Virus record (IMG/VR): IMGVR_UViG_3300020577_004340
Coordinates: 32,001 to 96,000 of that record
Source: a virus
Taxonomy: Duplodnaviria > Caudoviricetes
Reading direction: 5' to 3' (one strand)
Length of the DNA: 64,000 nucleotides
The notes under the pieces were generated by a model. It was not told the DNA's origin and did not search any database. It saw only the letters and a list, made by a program, of their open reading frames with translations. Both the position numbers and the translations under genes were made by a program. How positions within the stretch are numbered: the first letter of the stretch is position 1; each line of letters opens with the position of its first letter. Below are positions 40,519-50,208 of this stretch, one piece after another.

Positions 40519-41256
40519 ATGAGTATTTTTGAAGGAATTAGCGTTGTCAATGGGGAATTAAATTTTGATTGGGGTAAAGACTCGAGTCAAGATGTAATTC
40601 CTTTGAAAATACAGAACTACAATAAGCGGGTATCAACAATATCTAAATTCCCATATTATCTGGCATATCGTTTTCCTAAAACAGTCCCCAAAGAATCTAA
40701 AGATCGAGTTAGGGAATTAATAAAATATTTAAAGACTCCTAAAACAAAAGATGTTGAATTGATGGTTAATAAGGCAGTTATGCAATTTAATAATATTGAT
40801 TCGTTAAATTCATATGATACTGTTGTATTACCCCAATCAAGTAGCGTCTTATTAAAATTGATATTATCAAAAATAAAGCCTAAATTAAATCAACATGTCA
40901 CGATTACCAACCAAGCAATTGTAAAATTGCATGCAAGTGAAGTGACATTTAAAATGGATAAATTTGAAAAGTTAAACGACATACAAAAGAAAGCATTTGT
41001 AAAGGCTGTAATGTCAAAGAAAAATTTAGATAATTTCAAAATGACAAATCTCCACGCCAGACAACGTTCATTAATTGACCAGTTTTTATCATTATCCAAT
41101 GATTTTTGGATTAGTAAGATTGTAAATAAGAAAGTATTATTTATTGATGATATAACCACAACGGGTGCAACAGTTGCAGCAGCTTCAAAATTATTATTGG
41201 ATAAAGGTGCTAATAAAGTAATGTCTTTTATATTCTTAGGCCAACAAGATATTTAA
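40519..41256 (+). CDS. type I phosphoribosyltransferase-fold protein
   Basis: VLFIDDITTTGAT PRPP-binding loop. Confidence 0.75.
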   Translation: MSIFEGISVVNGELNFDWGKDSSQDVIPLKIQNYNKRVSTISKFPYYLAYRFPKTVPKESKDRVRELIKYLKTPKTKDVELMVNKAVMQFNNIDSLNSYDTVVLPQSSSVLLKLILSKIKPKLNQHVTITNQAIVKLHASEVTFKMDKFEKLNDIQKKAFVKAVMSKKNLDNFKMTNLHARQRSLIDQFLSLSNDFWISKIVNKKVLFIDDITTTGATVAAASKLLLDKGANKVMSFIFLGQQDI

Positions 41257-41259
41257 ATA

Positions 41260-41291
41260 TTTGGAAAATTGATATTAAATATATATCTTTG
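41260..41291 (+). promoter_or_regulatory. Bacteroidota-type promoter
   Basis: TTTG-N20-TATCTTTG. Confidence 0.75.
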
Positions 41292-41307
41292 TTGAAAATT
41301 ATTTTAT

Positions 41308-41496
41308 ATGATAACTAAGAGAGCTTTCAAGAAATCTAGAGTTTGGGAAACATTTATTATTGAATTGGAAGATATTAATACAAAAGCTATTCAGAAAATG
41401 GAGGTGGATGGTACATATTCATTGATGAGAATGAAGGCATTTCAATTAATGGGTCCTGGCATGTTGATAAAAGATATCTATCGAAAAAATAAATAA
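41308..41496 (+). CDS. hypothetical protein
   Basis: ORF behind promoter. Confidence 0.5.
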   Translation: MITKRAFKKSRVWETFIIELEDINTKAIQKMEVDGTYSLMRMKAFQLMGPGMLIKDIYRKNK

Positions 41497-41558
41497 ATTA
41501 TGAAAAATAAAAATCTAGATGTGATTACTTTTAAATAATATAATACTAAAATTATCAT

Positions 41559-41948
41559 ATGATAACGGCTTTTAAAATTGCTAAATTTAAAAAGGATGAT
41601 GTCGGTTTTACTAAAACTGGCTATGATGAATATATCGTGACATATATATTAGGTCCAAAAGCTCATCAATTACGCATCGTTGTTAATGGATTTATAACCA
41701 AACAAACTATCAATTTAATTAACGGAAATTCAGGATATAAAAATAATATATTATTGGGTATTAAGGAATATCTTGAGTTAAAATCAATCCCGACTAATAA
41801 AGTAGTGAAAAAGATTACACTACACTATTTAGAACAAATCTATTCTAAACGCCTTGTTAATAATATCAAAACACATCTAATAAACATTAACAAGGAAGAA
41901 TCACGTGATAAACTAACTAAACTTGGTTTTGTTGACAATGTTATATAA
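41559..41948 (+). CDS. hypothetical protein
   Basis: ORF. Confidence 0.55.
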   Translation: MITAFKIAKFKKDDVGFTKTGYDEYIVTYILGPKAHQLRIVVNGFITKQTINLINGNSGYKNNILLGIKEYLELKSIPTNKVVKKITLHYLEQIYSKRLVNNIKTHLININKEESRDKLTKLGFVDNVI

Positions 41949-41966
41949 TAATTAAAATTTTAAAAT

Positions 41967-42170
41967 ATGTTAAAAGACAAATCAGAAATACCTAATTATG
42001 ATTATATGGCATCAATTCTTAAAGAATCTGGGTGGGAAACGTGGTACCATGATGACAATTGGATCAAAGTGGAATGGGTTCAACAAGGAAAACGATATGA
42101 TATGATGGGGCGGTCAACGGAAAGTGCATATAAAAATGTTATTTCTTTACAAAACAAACCGCCGATTTAA
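41967..42170 (+). CDS. hypothetical protein
   Basis: ORF. Confidence 0.5.
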   Translation: MLKDKSEIPNYDYMASILKESGWETWYHDDNWIKVEWVQQGKRYDMMGRSTESAYKNVISLQNKPPI

Positions 42171-42192
42171 ATTAAAAATAACCAGAGAAAAA

Positions 42193-42224
42193 TTTGGATA
42201 TTTGAATTATTTTACTTATATTTA
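42193..42224 (+). promoter_or_regulatory. promoter of the folE-dpdA-polB operon
   Basis: TTTG-N20-TATATTTA. Confidence 0.6.
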
Positions 42225-42250
42225 AATATAAATAAACAAATAAATAATAA

Positions 42251-42871
42251 ATGAGTGATATTTTATTAAAATACGCTAATGATAACATTCAATTAACCCA
42301 TACTGAACGGGAGAATGTTATAACAAAAGCTGCCGAGGCATATGCTTTATTTTTAGATGCATTGCAAATTGATTGGAAAAATGACCCTAATTCGAGTAAT
42401 ACCCCATTACGAGTAGCTAAATCGTATGTTAATGATTTGATAACTGGTTGTTATGTACCGCCACCAGATGCTACAGCATTTGATAATTTACAGAATTATG
42501 ATGGCATAGTATGTCAGACAAATATAGAAGTGAATTCAATATGTTCACACCACCACCTTCCATTCATTGGGAAAGCCCACGTTGCATACATCCCCGGTAA
42601 AAAAGTAGTTGGGTTATCAAAGCTAAATAGAATTGTTGAGTGGTTCTCTAGACGACCACAAGTCCAAGAAAATTTAACAATGCAAATACATGATTTTGTA
42701 AATGTAATATGTGAAGGAAATGGGGGTGTAGCTGTAATGATTGAATGTAATCATTTATGTGCATGTCTACGTGGGGTGAAACATGATTCTGTAATGAAGA
42801 CGGCAAAATTGTCTGGTGCATTTAAAACAGATGAAATGGCTAGAGAAGAATTTTATAATTTTGTAAAATAA
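42251..42871 (+). CDS. folE: GTP cyclohydrolase I
   Basis: TP.RVAK, S.CSHH.LPF.G..H.AY.P, GLSKL.R, RRPQ.QE.LT, H.C...RG. Confidence 0.95.
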   Translation: MSDILLKYANDNIQLTHTERENVITKAAEAYALFLDALQIDWKNDPNSSNTPLRVAKSYVNDLITGCYVPPPDATAFDNLQNYDGIVCQTNIEVNSICSHHHLPFIGKAHVAYIPGKKVVGLSKLNRIVEWFSRRPQVQENLTMQIHDFVNVICEGNGGVAVMIECNHLCACLRGVKHDSVMKTAKLSGAFKTDEMAREEFYNFVK

Positions 42872-42879
42872 TATAAAAA

Positions 42880-43227
42880 ATGCACACTTCAATATTTGTA
42901 ACATTGCAATTAGAAGGATTACATCGATGGCCATTAGCAAATGAAATTCAACCAGAAGTTGGATTCTTAAGTAATGTGCATCGACACATGTTTCATTTTT
43001 ATTTAGAAAAATTAGTTTATCATGATGATCGTGATATTGAATTTATTATGTTTAAGCGTGACGTCACATCATATTTATTAAAAACATATATGAATAGTAA
43101 TGGAGTATTAGATTTTGATTCAAAGAGTTGCGAAATGATAGCAATTGATTTATTAAATAAATTTAAATGCACAATTGTATCAGTTTCCGAAGATGGGGAA
43201 AATGGTGCTAAAATAACTGCTATATGA
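42880..43227 (+). CDS. QueD-like T-fold protein with LxxxHRHxF motif (DpdL-like candidate decarboxylase)
   Basis: EG.H.W, LSNVHRHMF, DR..EFI.FK, SCE.IA, V.EDGENGA. Confidence 0.65.
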   Translation: MHTSIFVTLQLEGLHRWPLANEIQPEVGFLSNVHRHMFHFYLEKLVYHDDRDIEFIMFKRDVTSYLLKTYMNSNGVLDFDSKSCEMIAIDLLNKFKCTIVSVSEDGENGAKITAI

Positions 43228-44210
43228 TTCATTATTTACCATTAGAACATATTGATTCTAGATATACTTGTCATATGGATTTTGATATAGTTAATTATTT
43301 AAATCAAGAAAATATTGATTATAATCGAATATATCCTGATATAGATGTATATCCACTTAAACCAGGTCAATTTTTGGAATCATCAACAACTATTAAATTT
43401 AAAAATTTACAATTATCTGAAATCTCTGATGGGTATTATTCAGATAAAATACTGTCAGAAGATGTTATTTGGTCAAGTGATTTGTGGTTTCCTGGTATTG
43501 AATCAATTGGATATTTGAATTTATTTCACAAAAAAAACATTAAATTACAAGGATTACTACATGCAGGATCTTGGACAACTTCAGATTCAATTTCTAAGAT
43601 TGAACGTTGGGGGAAATATTTTGAGGAAATGGTATTTGATATATCAGAAAAGTTGTTTGTTGCAAGTGAGTTTATAAAAAATGATATTTTGCAAAAGCGG
43701 AATGTACCGGCAGATAAATTAATTGTAACGCCGTTTCCGTTAGATTCAAAATTGAAAAATTATAAACCAATTGCTGAAAAAGAAGATATTATATTGTTTA
43801 CTGGGCGAAATCATCCAGAAAAACAGCCTTGGTTATTTAATGAATTACGAACGATATTAGAAAAGAAATATCCTACATATAAATTTATATGGACATTGGA
43901 TTCGAATTTAACAAAAGATGAATATTACACATTATTAAATAAATCAAAATATATAGTTAGCTTCGCCTTGCAAGAAAATTTTGGGTATAGCATTGCTGAA
44001 GCAGTTTATTTAGGTGTAATTCCAATACTACCAAATCAAGTAGTATATCCTGAATTTTATAATGAGGCTTATTTATACACTACATTTACTCAATGCGTTG
44101 AATTATTAGATAGTTTAATGTCAAACGAAACTAAACCAACAATTGCTCCATTTAAAATCAATTCATTTAAGCAATTAAATCACCAATCATTACATAATTG
44201 GTTTAACTGA
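43224..44210 (+). CDS. GT-B (GT4-like) glycosyltransferase
   Basis: ILF.GR...EKQP, LQE.FG....EA...G..P..P. Confidence 0.8.
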   Translation: MIHYLPLEHIDSRYTCHMDFDIVNYLNQENIDYNRIYPDIDVYPLKPGQFLESSTTIKFKNLQLSEISDGYYSDKILSEDVIWSSDLWFPGIESIGYLNLFHKKNIKLQGLLHAGSWTTSDSISKIERWGKYFEEMVFDISEKLFVASEFIKNDILQKRNVPADKLIVTPFPLDSKLKNYKPIAEKEDIILFTGRNHPEKQPWLFNELRTILEKKYPTYKFIWTLDSNLTKDEYYTLLNKSKYIVSFALQENFGYSIAEAVYLGVIPILPNQVVYPEFYNEAYLYTTFTQCVELLDSLMSNETKPTIAPFKINSFKQLNHQSLHNWFN

Positions 44211-44226
44211 ACATAACAATATTTTT

Positions 44227-45459
44227 ATGAATAAAAAATTTATTTATTTTCCATCATTCTCTGCAGGGGAAATGGGTGGTGGTTTAAGCAAAAACACAAT
44301 ACTACGAAATGATCTACCATCGAGATTTTATTCAACCGATTTTCCAGAAAAATACCGACATCCGTATTTTTTAACTACTGCTGGCCATTTTTATAAGAAA
44401 AAAAATTTTAAAACTACTTGGGGATTTACTGATAATCCTGATGTTCTGTTATTAGGCGATTCAGGAGGATATCAAATTGCTGCTGGGACTATTAAATGGG
44501 ATAAAAATATTGTCCCAGTTATATTAGATTGGTTGGAATGTAATTCACATATTGCAATGAATTTGGATATACCCCCTAGATTAAAATATGTTGATAAATT
44601 TGATGAATGTTTAGATATTAGCATTCAAAATTTTAAATACTTTTCCGAAAATAGATCTGGGCAAACTAAATTTTTAAATGTTTTGCAAGGAAATTCAGAC
44701 GTATCATATGATAAATGGTATAATAATGTTAAATCATTTGATTTTGATGGGTGGGGTATTGGAGGATGCGGTGGATCATTGTATCGATTTATGGCAGGAA
44801 TAATGGTGTTATTAGAAGGTAAAGAACATTATAATGTCAACAATAAATATTTACATATATTAGGAACTAGTAAAATTATAGATTTTTTGATTCTATCTCA
44901 ATTACAAAAATCATTAGATAAATGTAACTCAAAAATACAAGTAACTACTGACTCGTCAACGCCAAGTCGTGCTACTGTTTTTGGTATGTTTTATAATGAC
45001 GCTAATTTAAGAAGGGGGTCTTTTTCATCAATACATTTTCCAAAAGAAAGAGGTGATTCAATTAAAAATAAGAGTGTACATTCAACAAATTCATTACGTG
45101 ATAGTGTAAGTTTAATGCCTGAAATTATTGAATTTGATACTCTCTTGCAAGGGGCATATACCCAAGATGATTTAATTAATTGGACTAGTGAAGCATATAT
45201 ATCTTTAGTATTGCATAATTTCATGTTCTTCAATTCTATTATTGATAAAATTAATATGTATGTTGATGGGCATCCGTATATTCTTGAACAAGTTATAAAT
45301 CCTGATTCATTTCTCATATTAAAATCAATTGACGAGATGGTGCTGGCGTATGAAAATGGAACTACTCCTCGAAAAGTTTTTGATTCATATAAACAATTGT
45401 ATTATAAATTGTCAAACACTAATATCCCGACTACTACTATTCAACATTCATTTTTTTAA
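44227..45459 (+). CDS. dpdA: TGT-fold 7-deazaguanine insertion enzyme (DpdA-like)
   Basis: GDSGGYQ, M.LD.PP, LNVLQG, GWGIGG, H.LG, T.DSS.P; lies in an operon with folE. Confidence 0.75.
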   Translation: MNKKFIYFPSFSAGEMGGGLSKNTILRNDLPSRFYSTDFPEKYRHPYFLTTAGHFYKKKNFKTTWGFTDNPDVLLLGDSGGYQIAAGTIKWDKNIVPVILDWLECNSHIAMNLDIPPRLKYVDKFDECLDISIQNFKYFSENRSGQTKFLNVLQGNSDVSYDKWYNNVKSFDFDGWGIGGCGGSLYRFMAGIMVLLEGKEHYNVNNKYLHILGTSKIIDFLILSQLQKSLDKCNSKIQVTTDSSTPSRATVFGMFYNDANLRRGSFSSIHFPKERGDSIKNKSVHSTNSLRDSVSLMPEIIEFDTLLQGAYTQDDLINWTSEAYISLVLHNFMFFNSIIDKINMYVDGHPYILEQVINPDSFLILKSIDEMVLAYENGTTPRKVFDSYKQLYYKLSNTNIPTTTIQHSFF

Positions 45460-45468
45460 AATAATTTA

Positions 45469-47565
45469 ATGTATCAAAATATATATTTCGATAAATTCCA
45501 AAATGAAATCCATATTTGGGATGACAAGACGGGGTATGACCGAGTTAAATTCAAAAATTATGCTTATTTATTAAATGATACTGGAGATTACACTACAATT
45601 GATGGGGCAAGATGTAATAAGGTATATAGTTGGTCTGAAACTGCTGTTAAAACTAAAATGGTATGTGAACATGATGTTCCGGAGACAACTAGATATTTAA
45701 TTGATAGATATGGAGATTCAGATGCCGTTTCTGATAATGTAATTACAATGTTCTTTGACATTGAGGTAGCTAAAGAGGGAAAATATAGTACGCCAGAAGA
45801 TGCAAACAATACAATTACATCAATTGCATATTATACTGAATTGCATGGTTACCATACATTGTTATTGGATAAACATAATCCACCTAGAACATACACAACG
45901 ATAATTAAACCAGATAAAAAAGAACTTAGTATAGAGGTTAAAACATTTAATGATGAAAAATCATTATTGTTTGCTTTTTTAAAGGAATACCGAAATATTA
46001 GCCCCCATATATTAACTGGTTGGAATATTGATTACTATGATATTCCTTATTTATACAACAGAATGATAAATGTTTTGGATGTTCAATATGCCAATCAATT
46101 ATCACCTATAAATAAAGTCAGAGTAAAGAAATATGACAATAACAATATAATTCAAATTGCAGGGGTTACCGCATTAGATTACTTGATGTTGTATAAGAAA
46201 TTTACTTATGCGGAGCAATCTAATTATAGATTAAATACAATATCTAATATAGAGCTTAAACGTTCTAAAATAGAATATACAGGGGATTTAGATTATTTAT
46301 ATTCAACTGATATTAATAAATTTATCGAATATAATGTTGTCGACGTTGATTTAGTATTGGAACTAGATAGAAAATTAGATTTAATTAATATAGCTAGGGG
46401 TATATGCCATAAAGGACATGTGTCATACGATGATATCGTTTTTACTAGTAAATATCTGGATGGTGCAGCATTGACATATTGTCGTAGAAACAATTTAATT
46501 GCAACCAGTACCAGAACAAGTGGAGAATCAACAACTGCTGAAGGGGCATATGTAAAAGACCCAACGCCTGGGTTGTATAAATGGGTATATGATTTGGATT
46601 TAACATCATTATATCCAATGAATATTATTAGTCTAAATATTTCACCTGAGACTAAATTCGCAAAAATATTAAATTGGGATGAAGAGGATTATGTTAATTC
46701 CCCTAATAAATTGTATAATATTAAATTATTCCGAGATGATACTGTTTTAGGAAATTTTAGTAATGAATTTGGAGTAAAAAGCGATTCAGTTAGAATATCT
46801 GGTAGCCAAGCTTTGTTGGAATTTGTTAAAAAACATAATTTATCAATTGCATCCAATGGAGTGATGTACACATTAGATAAGATTGGATTGATACCAGCAA
46901 TATTAGATACTTGGTTTGCTGATAGAGATGATTTTAAAAATTTACGAAAGCAATATGAAAAGTCGGGTGATTTAGTCTTGGCTGCATATTATGATAAGCA
47001 GCAATTAATTACTAAAATTATGTTGAACTCTTTTTATGGGGTGTTATTGCTTGAATCATTTAGAGTTTATGACATAGACAGCGGCGAAGCGGTTACAATT
47101 ACTGGAAAATCGGTAATTAAATGGGGAAGTAAAATGGCTAATTATTTCTATAATAAAAAGTTAGGAAATGAACATATTACAGATTATACTATATATATTG
47201 ATACGGATTCGGTAGCGGGTGATTCAAACATTATAGTTAACGGGGATACCCCCAGAACGTTAGATGATGTATTTGCAGATTCAATTAAAAATTCGTATTT
47301 TGTAGACTCCAATCATAGAGAATTTACATTTCCATCAATTAAATTGCCATATTATGATGAATCTACAAAATCAGTTAAATTAGGAGATGTTGAATATATT
47401 GAGCGCCATTACATAAAAAAGCGAAGATACAAAATTACACTAAAATCTGGAAAGCATATAGTAGTGACCGAAGATCATAGTGTTATGGTGGAATTGGATA
47501 ATGGGGAGTTGGTACAAAAATTGACTAAAGATCTAACAATATCCGATAAAGTAATTTCTATTTAA
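45469..47565 (+). CDS. family B DNA polymerase, N-terminal part fused to split intein N (47209-47562)
   Basis: FDIE, GWN...YDIPY, DLTSLYP, K..LNS.YG, YIDTD then SVAGDS...VTEDHS. Confidence 0.93.
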   Translation: MYQNIYFDKFQNEIHIWDDKTGYDRVKFKNYAYLLNDTGDYTTIDGARCNKVYSWSETAVKTKMVCEHDVPETTRYLIDRYGDSDAVSDNVITMFFDIEVAKEGKYSTPEDANNTITSIAYYTELHGYHTLLLDKHNPPRTYTTIIKPDKKELSIEVKTFNDEKSLLFAFLKEYRNISPHILTGWNIDYYDIPYLYNRMINVLDVQYANQLSPINKVRVKKYDNNNIIQIAGVTALDYLMLYKKFTYAEQSNYRLNTISNIELKRSKIEYTGDLDYLYSTDINKFIEYNVVDVDLVLELDRKLDLINIARGICHKGHVSYDDIVFTSKYLDGAALTYCRRNNLIATSTRTSGESTTAEGAYVKDPTPGLYKWVYDLDLTSLYPMNIISLNISPETKFAKILNWDEEDYVNSPNKLYNIKLFRDDTVLGNFSNEFGVKSDSVRISGSQALLEFVKKHNLSIASNGVMYTLDKIGLIPAILDTWFADRDDFKNLRKQYEKSGDLVLAAYYDKQQLITKIMLNSFYGVLLLESFRVYDIDSGEAVTITGKSVIKWGSKMANYFYNKKLGNEHITDYTIYIDTDSVAGDSNIIVNGDTPRTLDDVFADSIKNSYFVDSNHREFTFPSIKLPYYDESTKSVKLGDVEYIERHYIKKRRYKITLKSGKHIVVTEDHSVMVELDNGELVQKLTKDLTISDKVISI

Positions 47566-47581
47566 ACAACATCCAGATATC

Positions 47582-47668
47582 GAGGATGTTCTTATAATAT
47601 GGGAAAGTGATTTTAGAAACAACAAAACTGAAACAATTAAAAAATGTCTAGAATTTATAAACCAGTAA
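47582..47668 (+). pseudogene. C-terminal remnant of a Vsr/DUF559-like endonuclease
   Basis: Alternative frame reads EDVLIIWESDFRNNKTETIKKCLEFINQ*; no start codon; overlaps the IntC start. Confidence 0.65.
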
Positions 47669-48597
47669 CAGATGAAATTTCTTCAATCGAAGAGTTGCCA
47701 TTGGAAGATGTGTATATGTATGACATTGGGATGAAAGATAGTCCCCACACCTTTTTTGCCAATAATATATTGGTACACAACAGTTTATTTTTACCAATAC
47801 TTCCATTATTAAATGATGTTAATATTGAAGAGTTAACAGATACAGAATTAATTGAATTGGCTAAACCATTAGTTAAAGAAGTTCAAGAATTTATAAATAC
47901 ATCATACACACCATATGCGAAGAAATTCCATATGATAGATACTCACCGTTGGGACATTAAACAAGAATTAATTGCTAGACGAGCCTTTTGGATTACAAAG
48001 AAAAGGTATGCTCAATGGATAGTTGTTAAAGAAGGATTTCCCATAGAAAAATTGGATGTGAAGGGTTTGGACGTAGTTAGATCATCATTTCCAACAGCAT
48101 TTAGAAATTTATTAAAACAAGTTTTAATTGACATTTTACATGATAAATCTAAAAAAGATTTAGATATATTATTGTTAAATTTCAAAAAAACAGTTAATAC
48201 CACTGAATTAAATAACATTTTATTCCCTACAGGTGCAAAGGAAATTAAAAAATATGAAACTGGTGTTATAGGTAGAGTTAAATCTGGAACTCCAGCACAT
48301 ATCAAATCTGCTATTAATTATAACCATTTAATGGATTTGTTTAATATTGTAGATATACCAAAAATATCAGATGGGGATAAAATATTATGGGGATATTTAC
48401 ACAATAATCCGTATAATTTCGAATCTTTAGCTATAACTGGTAATTTCGATGATGAAAAGATTATTGAATTTATGGAGAAATATGTAGATAAAAATAAAAT
48501 ATTTGAATCAGGACTGTTAAAAAAACTTCAGGCATATTGGGATGCTATGGGATGGGGAAAAATTACATTTAATTCCAATGTTAATAAATTTTTCTAG
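47644..48597 (+). CDS. split intein C (47644-47781) fused to the C-terminal part of family B polymerase
   Basis: YDI.....HTFFANNILVHN then SLF; KKRYA, KGL..VRS. Confidence 0.93.
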   Translation: MSRIYKPVTDEISSIEELPLEDVYMYDIGMKDSPHTFFANNILVHNSLFLPILPLLNDVNIEELTDTELIELAKPLVKEVQEFINTSYTPYAKKFHMIDTHRWDIKQELIARRAFWITKKRYAQWIVVKEGFPIEKLDVKGLDVVRSSFPTAFRNLLKQVLIDILHDKSKKDLDILLLNFKKTVNTTELNNILFPTGAKEIKKYETGVIGRVKSGTPAHIKSAINYNHLMDLFNIVDIPKISDGDKILWGYLHNNPYNFESLAITGNFDDEKIIEFMEKYVDKNKIFESGLLKKLQAYWDAMGWGKITFNSNVNKFF

Positions 48598-48605
48598 AAA
48601 ATAAA

Positions 48606-48637
48606 TTTGGAAAAGTGAAATAATATTCGTATATTAG
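48606..48637 (+). promoter_or_regulatory. variant Bacteroidota-type promoter
   Basis: TTTGGAAA...N20...TATATTAG. Confidence 0.55.
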
Positions 48638-48658
48638 TTAATAAACAATAATAAAAAA

Positions 48659-49372
48659 ATGGAAAAGAAAAAACTTATTAATTTTATCAATAAATATCAT
48701 TTAGGCGGAACAGTTAATGCCGTGAAAATTAAGAGTAAAGGCGACAAATTATTAACAACATTCACCACAGATTCGAGAACAATTCTTGGATTCGTAGCAA
48801 CTAGTGGAATTCCATTTGATGAATGTGAATTGGGGGTGTATAATACACCACTGTTATTGAAATTGTTAAATGCAATGGATACTGAAATTGAATTAACACC
48901 AATCATTGAAAGAAGTAAATATACTGGTTTAAATTTAAAAGACAAAAGTCTTAAAGCAACGTTTATCCTTTCTGATTTGGATGTAATACCAGATGCACCT
49001 GAATTACAGAATTTACCGACAACTACTTTCGAAACAAATATAACTCCAGAATTTATTTCAAGATTTGCATCAGCAAAAGCCGCATTATCAGATGCTAAGA
49101 CGGTGAGTTTTGTTCAACAAGGTAATGAGATTCATTTGATTATTAATTATGAGGATTTTAATTCAGACAGGATAGCGATAGACTTGGGTATTGAATATTC
49201 CAATCCATTAATGCCACTGAAATTCGATTCAGATGCCTTTTTATCTATAATTAATGCAAATAAAGATTGTACTTCTGGAAAGATGTTAGTTAGTGAAGAG
49301 GGGTTACTTACCTTAACATTTACTGGTGATGGTTTCCAAACCAAGTATCTTTTAGTAATGTTAAGTAAATAA
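48659..49372 (+). CDS. sliding clamp (gp45/PCNA-like)
   Basis: 237 aa; G.Y....LL..L, ...S.EGL....F......Y.LV; lies between polymerase and clamp loader. Confidence 0.7.
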   Translation: MEKKKLINFINKYHLGGTVNAVKIKSKGDKLLTTFTTDSRTILGFVATSGIPFDECELGVYNTPLLLKLLNAMDTEIELTPIIERSKYTGLNLKDKSLKATFILSDLDVIPDAPELQNLPTTTFETNITPEFISRFASAKAALSDAKTVSFVQQGNEIHLIINYEDFNSDRIAIDLGIEYSNPLMPLKFDSDAFLSIINANKDCTSGKMLVSEEGLLTLTFTGDGFQTKYLLVMLSK

Positions 49373-49539
49373 TTAAATAATGACTGAATTAATAAGAATT
49401 GACGAAATATTAGCTGAAGCATCATCATATTTTATCAGAGGAGAGGTGACTGTTTTAGCTACTGTATTTAAATTGATACACCCACATAAATCTAATAGTG
49501 AGTGTTATAATGATGCTTTTTTATATTTAATAAATTTGT

Positions 49540-50082
49540 ATGGAATATAAGAAATTATTGAGTGAAAATGAAATTGACACTATTGTAGACAGTTTAGCTT
49601 TCTATTTATCGAGGGATTATTTAGATGAAACCAATCAATATTTATTTGTCAATGTATTAGATGGAGGCACTCCTTTTTTTAATTTATTGTATGATAAATT
49701 AGATAACACACGGTTTAAATTAATTCCAGATTCTGTAAAATGTAAATCATATACTGGTGTGAATACAACGGGTTGGAAATTAATACAACCGATTCATAAT
49801 ACCGATGAAACAATTAAGAAAGTTATAATAGTTGATGACATTCTAGATAGTGGACTTACATTATATAATTTAACAGATTATTTTATGGAATTAGGATTTA
49901 ACGAAATAATTTGTGTTACACTATTGGAAAAAGATGTACTTAATAAAACATATCATCCTGTCCCCAAATATATATCGGGTCATTACATAAATGACATTTG
50001 GGTTTGTGGTTTTGGTATGGATTCAATAGATGGAACCCGCAGGGATGCGAGAGAAATATATCAAATATTAATGTTAATATAA
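49540..50082 (+). CDS. hypoxanthine/guanine phosphoribosyltransferase-like
   Basis: VL.GG..F, KSY, IIVDDILDSGLTL, LL.K, V.GFGMD. Confidence 0.85.
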   Translation: MEYKKLLSENEIDTIVDSLAFYLSRDYLDETNQYLFVNVLDGGTPFFNLLYDKLDNTRFKLIPDSVKCKSYTGVNTTGWKLIQPIHNTDETIKKVIIVDDILDSGLTLYNLTDYFMELGFNEIICVTLLEKDVLNKTYHPVPKYISGHYINDIWVCGFGMDSIDGTRRDAREIYQILMLI

Positions 50083-50208
50083 TTGTAATGGAGGTAATAA
50101 GGCATTTATTTGGAATGTGTGGTGAACATTCACACCCGTCCATATTCAATATAGGGATGATTATCCCAGAAGTGTATTTTGTAATTAAAATAGTCAAACA
50201 TCTGTTTT

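Noticed and set aside
47563-47646. Stop-codon readthrough joining the two in-frame polB ORFs
   Set aside because: Five stops (TAA, TGA, TAG, TGA, TAA) lie in that frame; the split intein explains the arrangement
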